Assembly (NCBI RefSeq): GCF_008831285.2
Contig: NC_045138.2
Coordinates: 29,078,001-29,142,000 of the forward strand
DNA from: Nymphaea colorata
Lineage: Eukaryota
Direction: 5' to 3'
Length of the DNA stretch: 64,000 nt
The notes under the pieces were generated by a model. It saw nothing but the letters and a program-made list of their open reading frames with translations, ran no database searches and had not been told where the DNA came from. The position numbers were made by a program, and so were the translations under genes. Position 1 is the stretch's first letter; each line of letters opens with the position of its first letter. This document shows, one piece after another, positions 23,530 through 36,736 of this stretch.

Positions 23530-24245
23530 GGAGCCGGCTTAGTTCAGCCATTTTCAGTTGGCTTTTTATGAATGAATCAATCATATATGTATAAGTACTG
23601 CATAATGTCCAAAAGTACTATCATTAAAGTCCATGTATCATTAAGATTAATGGTCATAGATTTCTCAATTTAAATGATCTAATCTTTAATATAACGTTCA
23701 ATTACATAGTTAATTTTCTGAAGAAGGAGAAAAAATGCACTGTACATTCATAACCCTATTTGAGCAGCAGACATAATCCAGCTTAGGTTCAGCAGCTCAA
23801 ATATGCTTCAGACCGTCCAAGGGACCTGAGTGCCTACAGTACCTGTGTTGTGGAGAACACAGCTAGAAATTGTGTTATTGTAATCAGACTTTATATATAC
23901 ATTTAGCTTGACTTACTTTATAGAATCGAAGTTTAATTAATGTTGTGATATGAGGACATAAAAGTAACAAATTTCAAATGTCAAAATTTGACACATTGTG
24001 AGCCATTCACTTTTCAAGTTATTAATTAAGGTATACTCTGCCAATCAAAATATAATAATAGGACATCCAATCTACGCTAAAATTTACATGACCTAAAACT
24101 TATTTTCTATTAAACATATACATAAAATCCTTTTTTGAAAAGAAAGTCTGTACTTGAGTGTAGGTGCTCCTCTCCGAACACTGAGCACCCACACCGCTTA
24201 AATTTAATATAAATTTAAAGAATGACTTGTGCCCTGCCCTTAGAT

Positions 24246-24277
<32 letters not shown>

Positions 24278-24620
24278 TCAACATCAGATCCAAATAAATT
24301 GACAATTTGAATCAGATCCAAATTCAATTTTTAAGCTCACAACTCAACCTGAATCTGACTTCTGAATACAAAACTGAATTCAAACCACATTATGATAGGT
24401 TAAGAATCCACTTTGAAAATATATAGATATTGGATACAAGACATCTATTTAAAACTGAATTCAAATCCAAATTGGATCGGTTAGTTGCTTAAAGCTGAAT
24501 TCAAATGTGAAACAGATTATCTATCATTCTTAAATCGAAACCCAATCTCATTTCTTATTCAGATGTTAAATATTTTCTAATATCTGACTAGAATCCCCAA
24601 AATTGGTAGTTCTTTTAGAT

Positions 24621-24749
24621 GGGGGCGTTTGGTAACATGAACACCGTGTTCTTTGGAAGACAATGTTTCATGAATCTGTCAAAATCTTTGTGACACATTC
24701 ATAAAAAGCTGGTTCCAAAGAACAAACACTTACCCGATCATGCCCCCCC
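24621..24749. mobile_element. Tourist-like MITE
   Basis: Ends GGGGGCGTTTGGTAA ... TTACCCGATCATGCCCCCC. The core (TTCATGAATCT...TTCATAAAA) resembles elements at ~40783-41100 and ~53036-53192. Confidence 0.5.
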
Positions 24750-24906
24750 TAAGCCTAGCATACCAAATTTCACAAGGCTAAGATTTCTCTAATATGTTGA
24801 GTTATGCAGCTGACAATTTAATGCAGTCAATGCGTGGCGTCTTCCACTTTCATCTTGCTGTTGTTTGTGATATTAGTCTTATGCGACAAACTGTGAACAT
24901 CAAAAT

Positions 24907-25311
24907 TAGGGATGTCAATATATCGGATTTGAATCGGATATCCGACCGATCCGATCGGAAAAAATCAGATATGGATAAAAATTTAATATCCGATTAAGAA
25001 ATCGGATCGGATTCAGATTTAATAAATGACATCCAATCGGATTTGGATACGGATTCAGATTGGATTCATTTTTATACAAATATCCTCTATCTAATACTAG
25101 AAAAATGGCAAAATCCGGTTCAAAATTCAGATTTGGATTCGGACATAAATATAAAAATCAGATTCGGATCGGATTCAAATTGTAAAATTGGATTTCGGAT
25201 TCAGATATGATTTTGCTTTATTCGAATTCGAATTTGAATCCGAATCCGAATATATGAATATCCGAAAAAGTGGATATGATTAAAGATGTATCCGATCCGT
25301 TGACGTCCCTA
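24907..25311. mobile_element. hAT-derived MITE with TCGGAT/ATCCGA subterminal repeats
   Basis: TIRs TAGGGATGTCAA ... TTGACGTCCCTA. Perfect 8-bp TSD ATCAAAAT at 24899-24906 and 25312-25319. Confidence 0.92.
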
Positions 25312-25469
25312 ATCAAAATCGACAGTCGAAATTAATCTGCAACAAAAAACTGCTGTCTATGCAACAAAAATTAATATGTTTATCAGGCATTGGGCTTAGT
25401 TGCTGGCACACCTACTTGAAGGGTCCAAATTTGCTGTAATTGGGCGTTGTGTAATTGGGCGCTGTCTTC

Positions 25470-25751
25470 CTGGGCATTGGGCTGGCCTGGCTCGATAAGA
25501 GTCAGGCCTGGTAGGCCTGACTAAATAAAAAAGATTTTTAATATAAAATAATTTTTGGAATATAAAATATATTTTTAATAGTAAAATATAGATGATTATT
25601 AAGATACAAATAATATTAAAAAAACATGTAGGGACGAATTGGGCCCTGATGGGTTGACCCTGCTTGGCCCGGTCTTTTCGGGCTTGAACCCAGACTCAAT
25701 CGGGCCAGATACCAGGTACCCGTCGAGTACCCCGCCCCATGCCAAAGCCTA
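25470..25751. mobile_element. GGGCC-rich MITE, same family as 13219-13418, left end eroded
   Basis: Shared core AAAATAATTTTT...TAAAATATA...ATTATTAA...AAATAATATTAAAAAA and GGGCC/GGCCC motifs. Right end GCCAAAGCCTA. Confidence 0.55.
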
Positions 25752-27221
25752 GTCTTGAATAAAGACACAATTCAGTTCCCATAATCATCATTCTTTGCGC
25801 TCAGGAGGTACACCTGGGATGAGCTCGGTTCCTACTCATTGAAGAAAAGAAAAAAAAAAAAAAAGAACAAAACTAAGTTCCCACTAGTTCGTTTCGAAAC
25901 TAATCTGAAAGCTATCTTTGATCACTTGGTAGATCATGATCTCTCTCAGCTGAAGGGGTAAAGGATCATATTCCAGAAAAAATTTCAAATTCATGATCTG
26001 GACCATTTCTTCCCCCCTATACTTTGAGATAAATTTTATATCAAGTTCTTCGATGCATGGTACTGCTTCTTTGTTAGATTTCAAACCGTATAGTTCTCTA
26101 TTTAGATAATCCAACTATAGTGTTGCATAATGGTTAGAGATATCATCAACTCTTTTCTTTTTTTATTGTGGATTTGAAACTTTCAACATTAACCAACTTC
26201 ATACAAAACTAACCAAACGCAGAATGTCAAGAGCAATTGTTGTATCATTTGACAAATCTAGCAGTTTCTTCATCGCCACCACATAACAAGCGGGCAGCTT
26301 GGGTCCACGCCATTAATCCAGAATCCAATCTAAATTATTAAAGTTGATCATCTTTGTCCTTCATATTTAAAAAGGGCCCAGATTGACCATCTTGGTCTAG
26401 GTTTGGGTTTACATCATCTTTACGAATGCGATTGAAAAACTCTTTGAACGCAGTCGCAGGAGAAAGAGACCCTTGCAAAGGGACTCGTCCCTTTCACACA
26501 TAAAAAACACTGTGCTCCAAACAAACAAGTCGGCGAGGTTGGCGTGCGTCGCAATCGAACAGCCCATGCAGCTTGAAATAAAAGTTTCATAAGTGTCACG
26601 AAAATTGTGACACATCGAAACGGAGATCGCCAAACTTAGGTGAATAAAGATGGCATGCGTATTAAAATGAGCTGAACATTTTGTCAAATTTTTTATGTAT
26701 GAATCCAATTGTACTATCTTCTAATATGTTTAGTTCTTTCAGATCTGAACCATTGGCATCCCTAGCGGCGGATTCTTTCCGGCCTCCCCCTGACAGATGG
26801 AGGATAACGATTGGTCAACTTGTCGCGCTCCAAATCTATCGGGGCCCTGGACAGATACCCTGTCATGTCGAGTGACAGCATGTCGCGAGGTCGGCAAGGC
26901 CCGGAGAATGACTCATCTGCCTCTAATCATGGTAGGAATGATGGAAGCTGTTCTAAAAAATTTGGTAACCAAAATGGAAAATATCCGCCCCTTATATATG
27001 CATGTAAGTTGGATTCATGGCAGTGTCAGTTCTTTGGAGCCTTGATAAGTACTTCATACTGAGTTTCAATTTGATCTCAATCAGGAACCAAAGCCAAGAT
27101 ACTGAGTTTTTTGGTTGCTTTGTGCTTATATGGATTCAATCACAGAAGACATCTAGAGTGTTTGGTAGCATTGAGTGCTTCAAGAAAAGAGATTTTGGTT
27201 GGAGCTTAGTGCTGCAACAAC

Positions 27222-27567
27222 AAGGGATGTCGGAGGATTGGATTCAGACTCGGTATTGGACGGATATCTGGATATCTGGATCTAGACTTAAAAAACAGCA
27301 TCTGATGGGATTTACATTCAGAATTGCCTTCAAATCCATATCCACCAGATTCAGAATTAGATTCTAACTTGGATTCAGTTTCAAATATATGTCCTACATC
27401 TATATTGTTTGAAAGTCGGTTCCAAACATATCATGATGCGGTTCACATTCATTTGGTATCTAAAAGTTGGATTTGAAAAAAAGTACATCTGATTTGAAAC
27501 TGTTAACATGTGATAAATCAGATACTGTGAAAAGTATATGGGATTCGAATCTGATTTGTGATCCCTA
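27222..27567. mobile_element. Older hAT-derived MITE related to 24907-25311
   Basis: Ends AAGGGATGTC ... GATCCCTA with degenerate GGAT/ATCC/TCAGA subterminal motifs. Confidence 0.55.
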
Positions 27568-30401
27568 GTTCTGCCGCCTGAAAGTGTGGAAAAGCTTTCA
27601 AACACCCATTTAAGCTTTATCTAACAAGTTGAATGAAAATTTTACAAAATTTCACCGAGCTATCAAACACTCGTTTAGGCTTTATCTAACAAGTTGGATG
27701 AAAATTCTTATGTAGCTAGTGCTAGCTCATCAGATCAATCAAGCTCCTGCTTCCAAAATCAGGTGGTTTCAGCAATTTTAAATGAGGAAAGAAATATTTC
27801 TTAATTGTTAAATTTAGATCACACAACTAAATACGAGTGTAAGAAATTTTGCTGAGACGAGCCTGTCTGTATATATATGCATTGTGCATAGAACAAATGA
27901 GCAATCAATTATGAGAATAGAGAGTTTTTCTAAGGAGTGTACCGAACACCCTCGAAGAATTGCATTTGTTTGTTTGAGATGGAACAAATGCGCTTGCTGA
28001 TCAAGTGATTACTGAGATGAACATTGTTGCTTTTATTAATTTATCTCCTATATTAAGAAAATGGCTGAAGATCTATGCGGCTGACTCTCTAAGGAGGTTT
28101 TTTTGTGAATGAATACTAAGATATCCTTGATAAAGTGGGAATTTTTTTTAAGAGAATAATAAGAAGAAATTGTAAAAATACGAAAAGTCTAAAAAGTACG
28201 CTTCATTATAAAAAAATACACCAACCCTCCCGCTTTTTAGCTGGGTGTATATTTGTTGGGTGTATACGAAACTCAATCTCGTCCGGACATTCAAAAGCAT
28301 GTGATTCTTTTAGGATTATTTCATTGTAGAATTTCTTATATGATATTAAAATTGTTGTAGTGTGGACCTTGATTTATACTTAATAGACTTTTCTAATTTT
28401 TGTGAATCCATCGTAAGTACATTTATATACTTATACCTTTTGCAACATTAACAATGAGGACATTCATTCAATACCTATAATTTTTTTGGAGCACTTACAT
28501 GTATAACAATCAAATATATCAAAACATTAACATATATATTAAACTAAATTACCATGTGTCTACGCTTGCTTTATAAGTTTGCTTAAGAAGGGAATGATTT
28601 CTTATAAAGCCTGTGGACATATGAGAACTTTTTTTCTGAAATCTAAACCGCATAATCATCCTTGCATCTTGGGCAGGTTTGGAAACTTCCACTGTGTTTG
28701 CGTGGCACTGAAAACTGGGTTTTTGATAAACGAGTTTCGAAAGGACGTTTTTTTGATGGTGAGGGACGGTGACAAATCGTAGAGAAAATTAAAGCATTAT
28801 TTGAATGGCATCTCAAAAGTAGTTGAGCCAGAAAAATTTACTAGCTGACTCACAAATTTTCTTATCTAAAAGGACACTGACATATATAACAGAGTAAATA
28901 TTTGATGAACTTAATATAAAACATAAAAAAAAATTGAGGGGCTGGTGTGGGCGGTTGCCCACACGAACCTATATGTGTTTCTCTAATAAATATTGCCAAC
29001 TCATTAATCAATCGTCAATAAATTTGTCTTCATGGTTGGCAAGAGCTCTCACTTACACTTAAATTTCAACGTGCCCTTTTGTGATCTTTCGTTGTCGGCG
29101 CAGCTGGAACAGATACGTTCATTTAAATGGAAAATTAATTTCTAAGAAACTTATCTGTTTTGCTCATAAGGTGAATCTTTTAATGCCTATATCCCAAGTC
29201 GAACTTCATCTTAAAAAGTTCAATACTCAAAATCTCTTGGTTTTCGTGTTGTCATCCAAACACAAAAACCAGGTTCCAAAAGCTAATTAAAAATAGAAAA
29301 CAAGGTTTTTTTTGTAAAAAAGTAACTAAACGTACATTAACTTAGCAACCAAAGTAGTAAGCTGCAATTTCACAATATTATTCTCCACAAGACTATATTC
29401 TCACCCTTCTTCACTCTTATCTATTCCTAATGTACCACAATACGAAAACAATATTGAAAATGATTGCACTTTTATTTTTTTTATTTTCAGGTGAATGAAT
29501 GCGCCTTTATTTGACAATTTCTTCAACAAAAAGTATTTGTCAATACGAAAAAAATCATATAAAGAGCTGTTGTTTTTTAGTGTTAGAAGCAAAAAGTAAT
29601 CCGGAAAATGAAATCTTCTTTCACATTGTGAAGAGCTAATTAAACACAAGAGGAAATTCAGTCTTACCAGAAACCACCCTCAACTTTAAAATATTGACAT
29701 TTTCCTCCTAATAAATGTGTCCATGAGGGCCGCCCTCGGCAATGTAGTAGGGCTTTGAATGCTGCCTACTTTAAGAAATTAGAATCCAAAGTTCTCTCCT
29801 CCTCATCTTACTAAAATTGTGACCCAATCTCCTTTGACTGGTTAATTTATGGCCCTATAGAAACATGTGAACAATACAATTATATGCAATATTTTAATGT
29901 GTCCTTCATAAATTTTTGCAGGTAATTAACCATGACCATAAATGAGAGGGTCATGAAAGGGTGAATGACATATATGCAAAGGGTTCAATTACCAGGTTTT
30001 ACCAATTCCTTTTTTTTTTTTTTTCCTCACCCTCTATTTGAATTGGTAAATTTTAGAAACAAAGCAAGAAGCAAATCAGTCAGCATCAAAGCAAAACTTA
30101 GAAAAGGAAAGTTGGGATGAAGACACTTTTCCATGTATTTGCATAAAAGATTGGGGCAAATTCATGAACAACGTATTATATTATATTCCGTAAGCAAATA
30201 AGTGAAACAATATGTTACTGTTCCCATTTCCAAACAACCCTTTCATGTCCATCTGAATTAGTTTAACTTGCTTGTCGGTTAGTTTTGAACTTTCGACATT
30301 CCATGTGTGTTCATATGAGGAACCGACGTTTGGTTGAAACCCTTTTGGAGTGCCAATTTTAACCATCTTGTGAAAACACAGTTTCGACAAAACAATGCTT
30401 A

Positions 30402-30672
30402 AGGAAGCGTTTGGATGACACCCTCTTCTAACCCAGTTTTGTAAGAACTAGGTTTTATTAAAACCAAGTTTTTTAACGAGTTTTAGAAACTTTGTTTTCC
30501 AAAACCTGCTTTTTTAAATAACCTAAAAGGGACCAGTTATTTCACTCCCTTTTACAAAACCCGGTTTCGACAAAACTGGGTTTTTTCCAAAGCTAGTTTT
30601 GGCACCCAAACACTCCAAAAACAAGGTTTTCAAAGCAAAACCAGGTTTTGGAGTGCCACCCAAACACACCCC
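30402..30672. mobile_element. Tourist/PIF-like MITE
   Basis: TIRs AGGAAGCGTTTGGATGACAC ... GTGCCACCCAAACACACCCC with TTA on both sides. Internal AAAACC/GGTTTT repeats. Confidence 0.7.
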
Positions 30673-33600
30673 TTAAATGAATAGCTTGATCTCCCGCCAA
30701 AGTGTTAGATGTATCATCCAAACACAAAATCCAAAATTCAAGTTTCAAAAATGATAAAAAATGATTTTTTTTTTTTTTATATAAAACCTCATTCATGTAA
30801 ACTGTCATTTTTAGGGTGTTATCCAATGACTACCTTTACTCTCTCTCTCTCTTATATATATATATATATATATATATAGCCCAATGGGATGTGGAAGAAT
30901 TTAATGTTGGACTGGGTAAGTGGTAGAAATTGCCGTGGAAAACAAATCCTGCTGGCTGTTTGCAGAGGACTGGATATGAATTTATTGGGGGATAGTCGTT
31001 AGGTAATGTAATATGTACGGTTGGTGGGATTGGTGGCATAATATAGTTGGACCATCCTATATGTCTCCTTCTCCTTCTGTTTCTTTATGGATACAAAGAC
31101 GAGGGTTCACTCCTACTGATAAGCACAAGTCAATTGTGCCTCACCTAGGGAGGGACGTCTCCTTTTATTATTCATAGTGGTCCGTATGGCAGCGAGTCGG
31201 CCGATACTTATCACATTGGGCCGATTGCGGGTTTTAATATATATATATATATATATATTTAATTGGAGTGCACATGCAAACCTTACAGCACCGACTTTTT
31301 TTAACAACATTCCTCCCAATAGGCTTTTCTCTTCGAGTTTTACATATAGTGATATAAAAATATATGAAAGTTTCACACCCAACTCTTTGTCTGTCGCTAA
31401 GACATAAAGCTTGTTGTTCATGTTTGAATTATCTTTTGTAACATAGAAGGTTGATGCTCCTAACACTCGAAATGAAAGCTGGCCGCTTAGTAACTCCACA
31501 TCAAACCATTGCGAACACCCTCTAAGGCAAGCAGCTAATTATATAGTAAATGGTTACTAGAAGCCTTAAAATTAATTATAATTGTATGCTTCTTTTGTGC
31601 TTGGAGATCTTGCTGCTTTTGTCATGAAAATAACCTGACGTGATAAAATCTTGCCTCCTACTTTTTATGTTTTTAAATCGCACAAGTTTTTTTCTTTTTT
31701 CTTTTTGGGGTTTTTCTTCTTTTTATACGACGCTAGAATGGGTCGAATTGTACACTTTTTTCTAGTTGAATAGGACATGCAAATTTGTTCTAAATGAAGT
31801 CCAATTTGTAATTGGTGATGAGCCATGCACAATCTCCATCTCTCCACATGTCCAGGGAAACAAAGTGACAGCTTCAACGGTGGGATCGCCTTGCACGCCA
31901 TTTTCATTCAATTTGGATCTACCAAACTCGGAGCCATGAACAGAAATCCGAATTCGCTAGGTGCATGTCGGGTTTAAGGGGGGCACCCAGTCCACTTTTT
32001 AACAGAGCAGCCATTACCTTGATCAAGGTGTTCCCCAAATTAAAGGGACATGGCCGTGGGTATGTGTAGGCAGTTGCCCACATGGTCTAATAAATAAATC
32101 ACTTATAATATAACATATTGGTGTCTATCAATCATTAGATTATGAAGTTTTTTTCAATTAATATCTCTCTCCATCAAAATTCTGAGTGGCAGTTGCATGA
32201 GAAACTCTTGAGACTAGAAAATTGATCCAAAGTTCATGACCTTGTCATTTGAATCTTGTAGATCAGCAAGCCGGACGTTGGGTCCCGATAAACTTGGATT
32301 CAGATAAAAAATTCAACTTAGGGGTGGACTTGAGTCCAAAAAGTTTTAGATAAAGGGGCACTGATCCATCTTATTATTGCAATTGATTAGATGCATATAA
32401 AACTAAAAGACATTGATCTGGGTGGTGTGGGCACTCCATATGGCTAGGCCTGAGTCCATTAGACGGTAAATAAAATTTTTACAAAGGTTGAGATAGGCTG
32501 GGGTGGGCAGTTGCCCACATCAGCCCCATGGTAGCTCTGCTACTATCGATGGGCTGCATGGCGGCATCTTAGAAAACCATGCCAGTCTTTGGGTCTCTGT
32601 GGCTGTTGTGGGCAATTGTCTGTCTACTCCAATTCAAAAAATTTGTCTTGTTATCTTTGCTTATTGTGGATCTGAGAGTCGCGGTAATTTCCACGGTTTT
32701 GAATTCCGACCTCCCCCCTTACCCCTCATCAGATCTCCAATCCATGATTTTTACACTACGTCATAGATTTGAGATCCAAAAATCCACAGTTTGATGAAAC
32801 TGTGGGTTTCAACTATCATGAATTTCAGATCTCCCCAAATCCAATCAGGTCTACAGAGAATCAAAGGTGCAATGTTTTCTGGATCTCTCCCTACTTTTGG
32901 AACCTAGTTACTTATGCCTATGCCGTGGTGGTGCATCAAATTTAATACCCCAAGTTAGTTCTTATTTAAATAAAAAACTAAACTTTTTGTAAAGATAAAA
33001 AAAAATCAAAATAAATAAATAGACTTAAAAGATATTTTTTAAATAATTTTAAAAATATATATTTTTATTTCTTTTAACATATGTACGATACGTGTGTTGC
33101 ATGCACCGAACGGTCCACACAAATATCCGTCCTTTAACTTTTTTTTTTTTTTTTATTTTCCTTTCCACTTTTCCCTTTCGATCCGCCGCAAAGCAAAGCG
33201 GGGCTCGGTTCGTTCTTCCACTTTTAAAATAGTTATTTCGAAATGGTCGGTGAAAAAGGACCATTACTTACAGTTTCAAAAATAAATAAAAAAAACAAAT
33301 GGTTTAAAAAATTAAAACATCAAGAATGATAATAATAATAAATGAAAAAAATACGAAACGTGACGCAATTGGATTTCATTTAAATCTCCTGATTCATTGA
33401 TCGACTATTTTTCTTTTTCCTTGCCATCGTTCGGACCTCACATGGTCGTTCCATCTGAGTTAAAAAAAAAAAAAAACACGTGTCAATCAATGCATATGCC
33501 GACAGTCGCTTTCTCTTTCTTGTTGGTTCTTTCTCCGTGTGAGCCCCACTCTCTCAAGTTGGCGGCATAACAAATATCATACAACAATAAATAGTGAAAA

Positions 33601-36600
33601 AATTATATATATATATATATATAATAAAAGCTCATAACAAATTTAAATTTAGGAACAAAAGTTCTTACATAAAAACAAACAGCAAAAATAAAAATAAAAG
33701 ACAGAAATATACAAGCACAAATAAGAGAGAATGGAAAGAGAATCAATGAGATGGAAGAAAACTATCCTTAGCAAGAGTTTTTAAAGTTGTGCAACGCCGA
33801 AAAGGCTAAGAAATTACGAAAAATAAGAAAAGAAAAAGAAACCAAAATCAAAATAAGTACACCTAAGGGTGGTTTTAAATGGACTCTTCAGCTAAAGCGG
33901 AGTTGGAGTAAGACAACGTAATTAAAATGACAAAAAATTTGGTTTTTGTAACACAAATGCAAAATCTCATTTTTGTTCTTTTGTCCAATGCCAAGAATTT
34001 GGGTAAGCGCCTTTAAAATTACTTTTTATTTTAAATATTTGAAATATTAACCAATCACATGCAGGTTTTCCCTACATAAAATCACTCACTAATTCAAAAA
34101 TTTTAAAATAGAACCTGGCACATGTATGTTTGCCTCTTATAGGTGAATAACCCTTAAAAAACTAGATTAAGCTTGGCCCACATGCAAGATGCAAAAACTA
34201 ATTTAAATGCACACTTAATTGGGACCAAATATGTTTGAAAATGATTGGTCTGGACCATGGGATCAAGTGGGCTAAGCTTGGTCTCCTCCCCAGGTAAATT
34301 CTAGGTCACCTTTATAGAGTTCAAAAGGCTTGAGAGGCACACTACATACAGTCACTTTCAATGGCCCGAGATCCGAAACCGATGAGCCGTCAGTGACCTG
34401 CTGGCAACACGTGCCCGGGGTCCATTGGTTCCAGACCTTTATTTCGCGACACCAACCAATGGCGCAGGTCCATGTGTTCCACGACTAGGGTAGCATATGA
34501 GTTGTATCATCTCTTATGCAAGTTGGAGCTCAAAGCAACTGGACCACATTGGATGCTGACCAAGCTCTACCATCACCTTCAATGGTGCAACCAATTTCAA
34601 TCTTATGGGGGGACCAAATAAAACCAATGCATAACTTCTAAATTTGGAAACAATTACTTACATTTATGTTTATTTAATAATTCGAACAGCCGAAATCAGC
34701 CCCACAGCCAACGGCGGATCGCGATGTGTCGGCGAATATGATGCATAAATGTGCATCCAATCTTGGTAAAAGTTTTGCTTATGAGTTTCGAACTCAAATT
34801 TGATAGATTGGGGTAAGTAAAATGAAGCTAATTCATATGAAGAGTTTTCAACCAGCAATTGACGCGCCTCGGTTTTATGTTGCTCCAAGCACAAAGATGA
34901 GCTAATTTATATGAAGAAAACAAGATTATCACTCATTTGAGAAGAAGATGATTGATTTTTCCTGTTTTTATGTTATATTCATTCAATGTTGTCTATTAGG
35001 TTGCATTTTGCATGTGATTGTAGTAAGAAATAGCACAGGATCAGGAGAAATGAAAGGAAAGGGACTACAGCGTCGCGTAGTGCAAGTTGTGGGAGCGGTG
35101 AACGCATTAATAAGCAGCTAGGAGAAGCCAATGATTCAAAGCGAAACGACTTGGAATTGAGCTTCATGCAAAACGTGAATGGGGTTCGCTAGAAGGTCTG
35201 TGGCCACCAGTTGCTCAGTGTCTGAAGGGGGGTCATGACCATACAAAGATTCTAACATAATGTTGATTATATCTTCGGAAATCTCACCCGAAAAGTTATG
35301 TTGTCTTAAAACTCCGAGGCCAGTACCACCTAGTTGGACTTGCGCTTAGAACGGTCCAACCAAATGACCGGCCTCATACAAACCATTAGCCCAACCAGCT
35401 ACCGTATGACGTCATATTCATTCAATTCCTCCCGCAAAATTATCGAAAAGATTGACATTGGGAGTTCGATCACTTTCTCTTTGGTGATTAATTGGTCCAC
35501 AAAATTAAAAACAAAGGGCTAGCCCTTAGGGTTTGGGGCATTGGCTCGGATCAGTGGCTGGTAGATGGTCGGTCATTAAATTAAGAGCGACATGGGTCTC
35601 AACCCCTTGTGCAAGCCTAAGTGGTCCTGGACCTATGGGGCAAGGCGCTGAGGATTAGTTGTTCCTTTTATCAGTTGTAAGATTAATATAAGATTAAGCT
35701 GATCATTAAGGTCGATCAAGTACTGATCATTAGTAGTGCATATTAACTATGCAAGTTAGATTCTTTCATTAAGAGCAGATACAATTTCCTATAATAAGGA
35801 TGCATAAATTATATACTTAATTCTCATGTTCCCACATTCCTTCTGAAGTTTATTAGCAATGTTGTGCTAAACGTTTCTCCCTCTCCCTTTCCCCCTCTCA
35901 TTTGCCTAACTTTTTCACTTTTGTTGGTGAATGAAAACTCCTGCCGTGACTTTGAGGAAACTTAACTGATTTCAAGAATAGTATTTTTAATGTTTGATAA
36001 AGAAATGTCAATATTTTCCTGAGAAAGTAGCAGATTTCAGGAATGGGTAAAACGTACAGCACATAGACCGAATGCTTTGGTCCTTTTCCTATAAAATAGA
36101 GGCACTTTTTGTTTTTCCTTTTTCAAACAAAGAATCTACTTTTGAAGATGGTAGACTTATTGGCACTTGTTTAACTTGTGGTTGCCTTCCTACAGCGCAC
36201 ATAAAACATTTAAGATTTTTATTCATACACATTCTTGCACAATAAATAAATAAATAAGTAAATTACACTCACATTTTTATCTCTAGTTCTCATTATCTTC
36301 ACGCAAGTTCATGTTTTTGCCTTGGAAAACAAAATTTAGATAAAAGATAGTGTAGTGAGAGCGAGTGATCTCTCGTAGCCTCGGGAGGCATGGAAAAGCC
36401 TGTTGTGCTATGGCCAATGAAACCGTTAGTTCAATTTTCAATTTTCATGGAGTGTCTCTATGCCAATGGGGTGGGAGTATTGCATTAGTTGACCGACATT
36501 GGACATATACTAAGCACCAATGCAGTCCTGAACCGTAGGGATAAAGGCAATAAGTCTGTTTTATTTCACTAACTACTCATTTGCATTAATGTTATTATTT

Positions 36601-36668
36601 GAGAGCAATTGTCATGTGATTTCATTACCCAAACCAAATTTTATGAGAGCATGAATTCACACACACAC

Positions 36669-36736
<68 letters not shown>

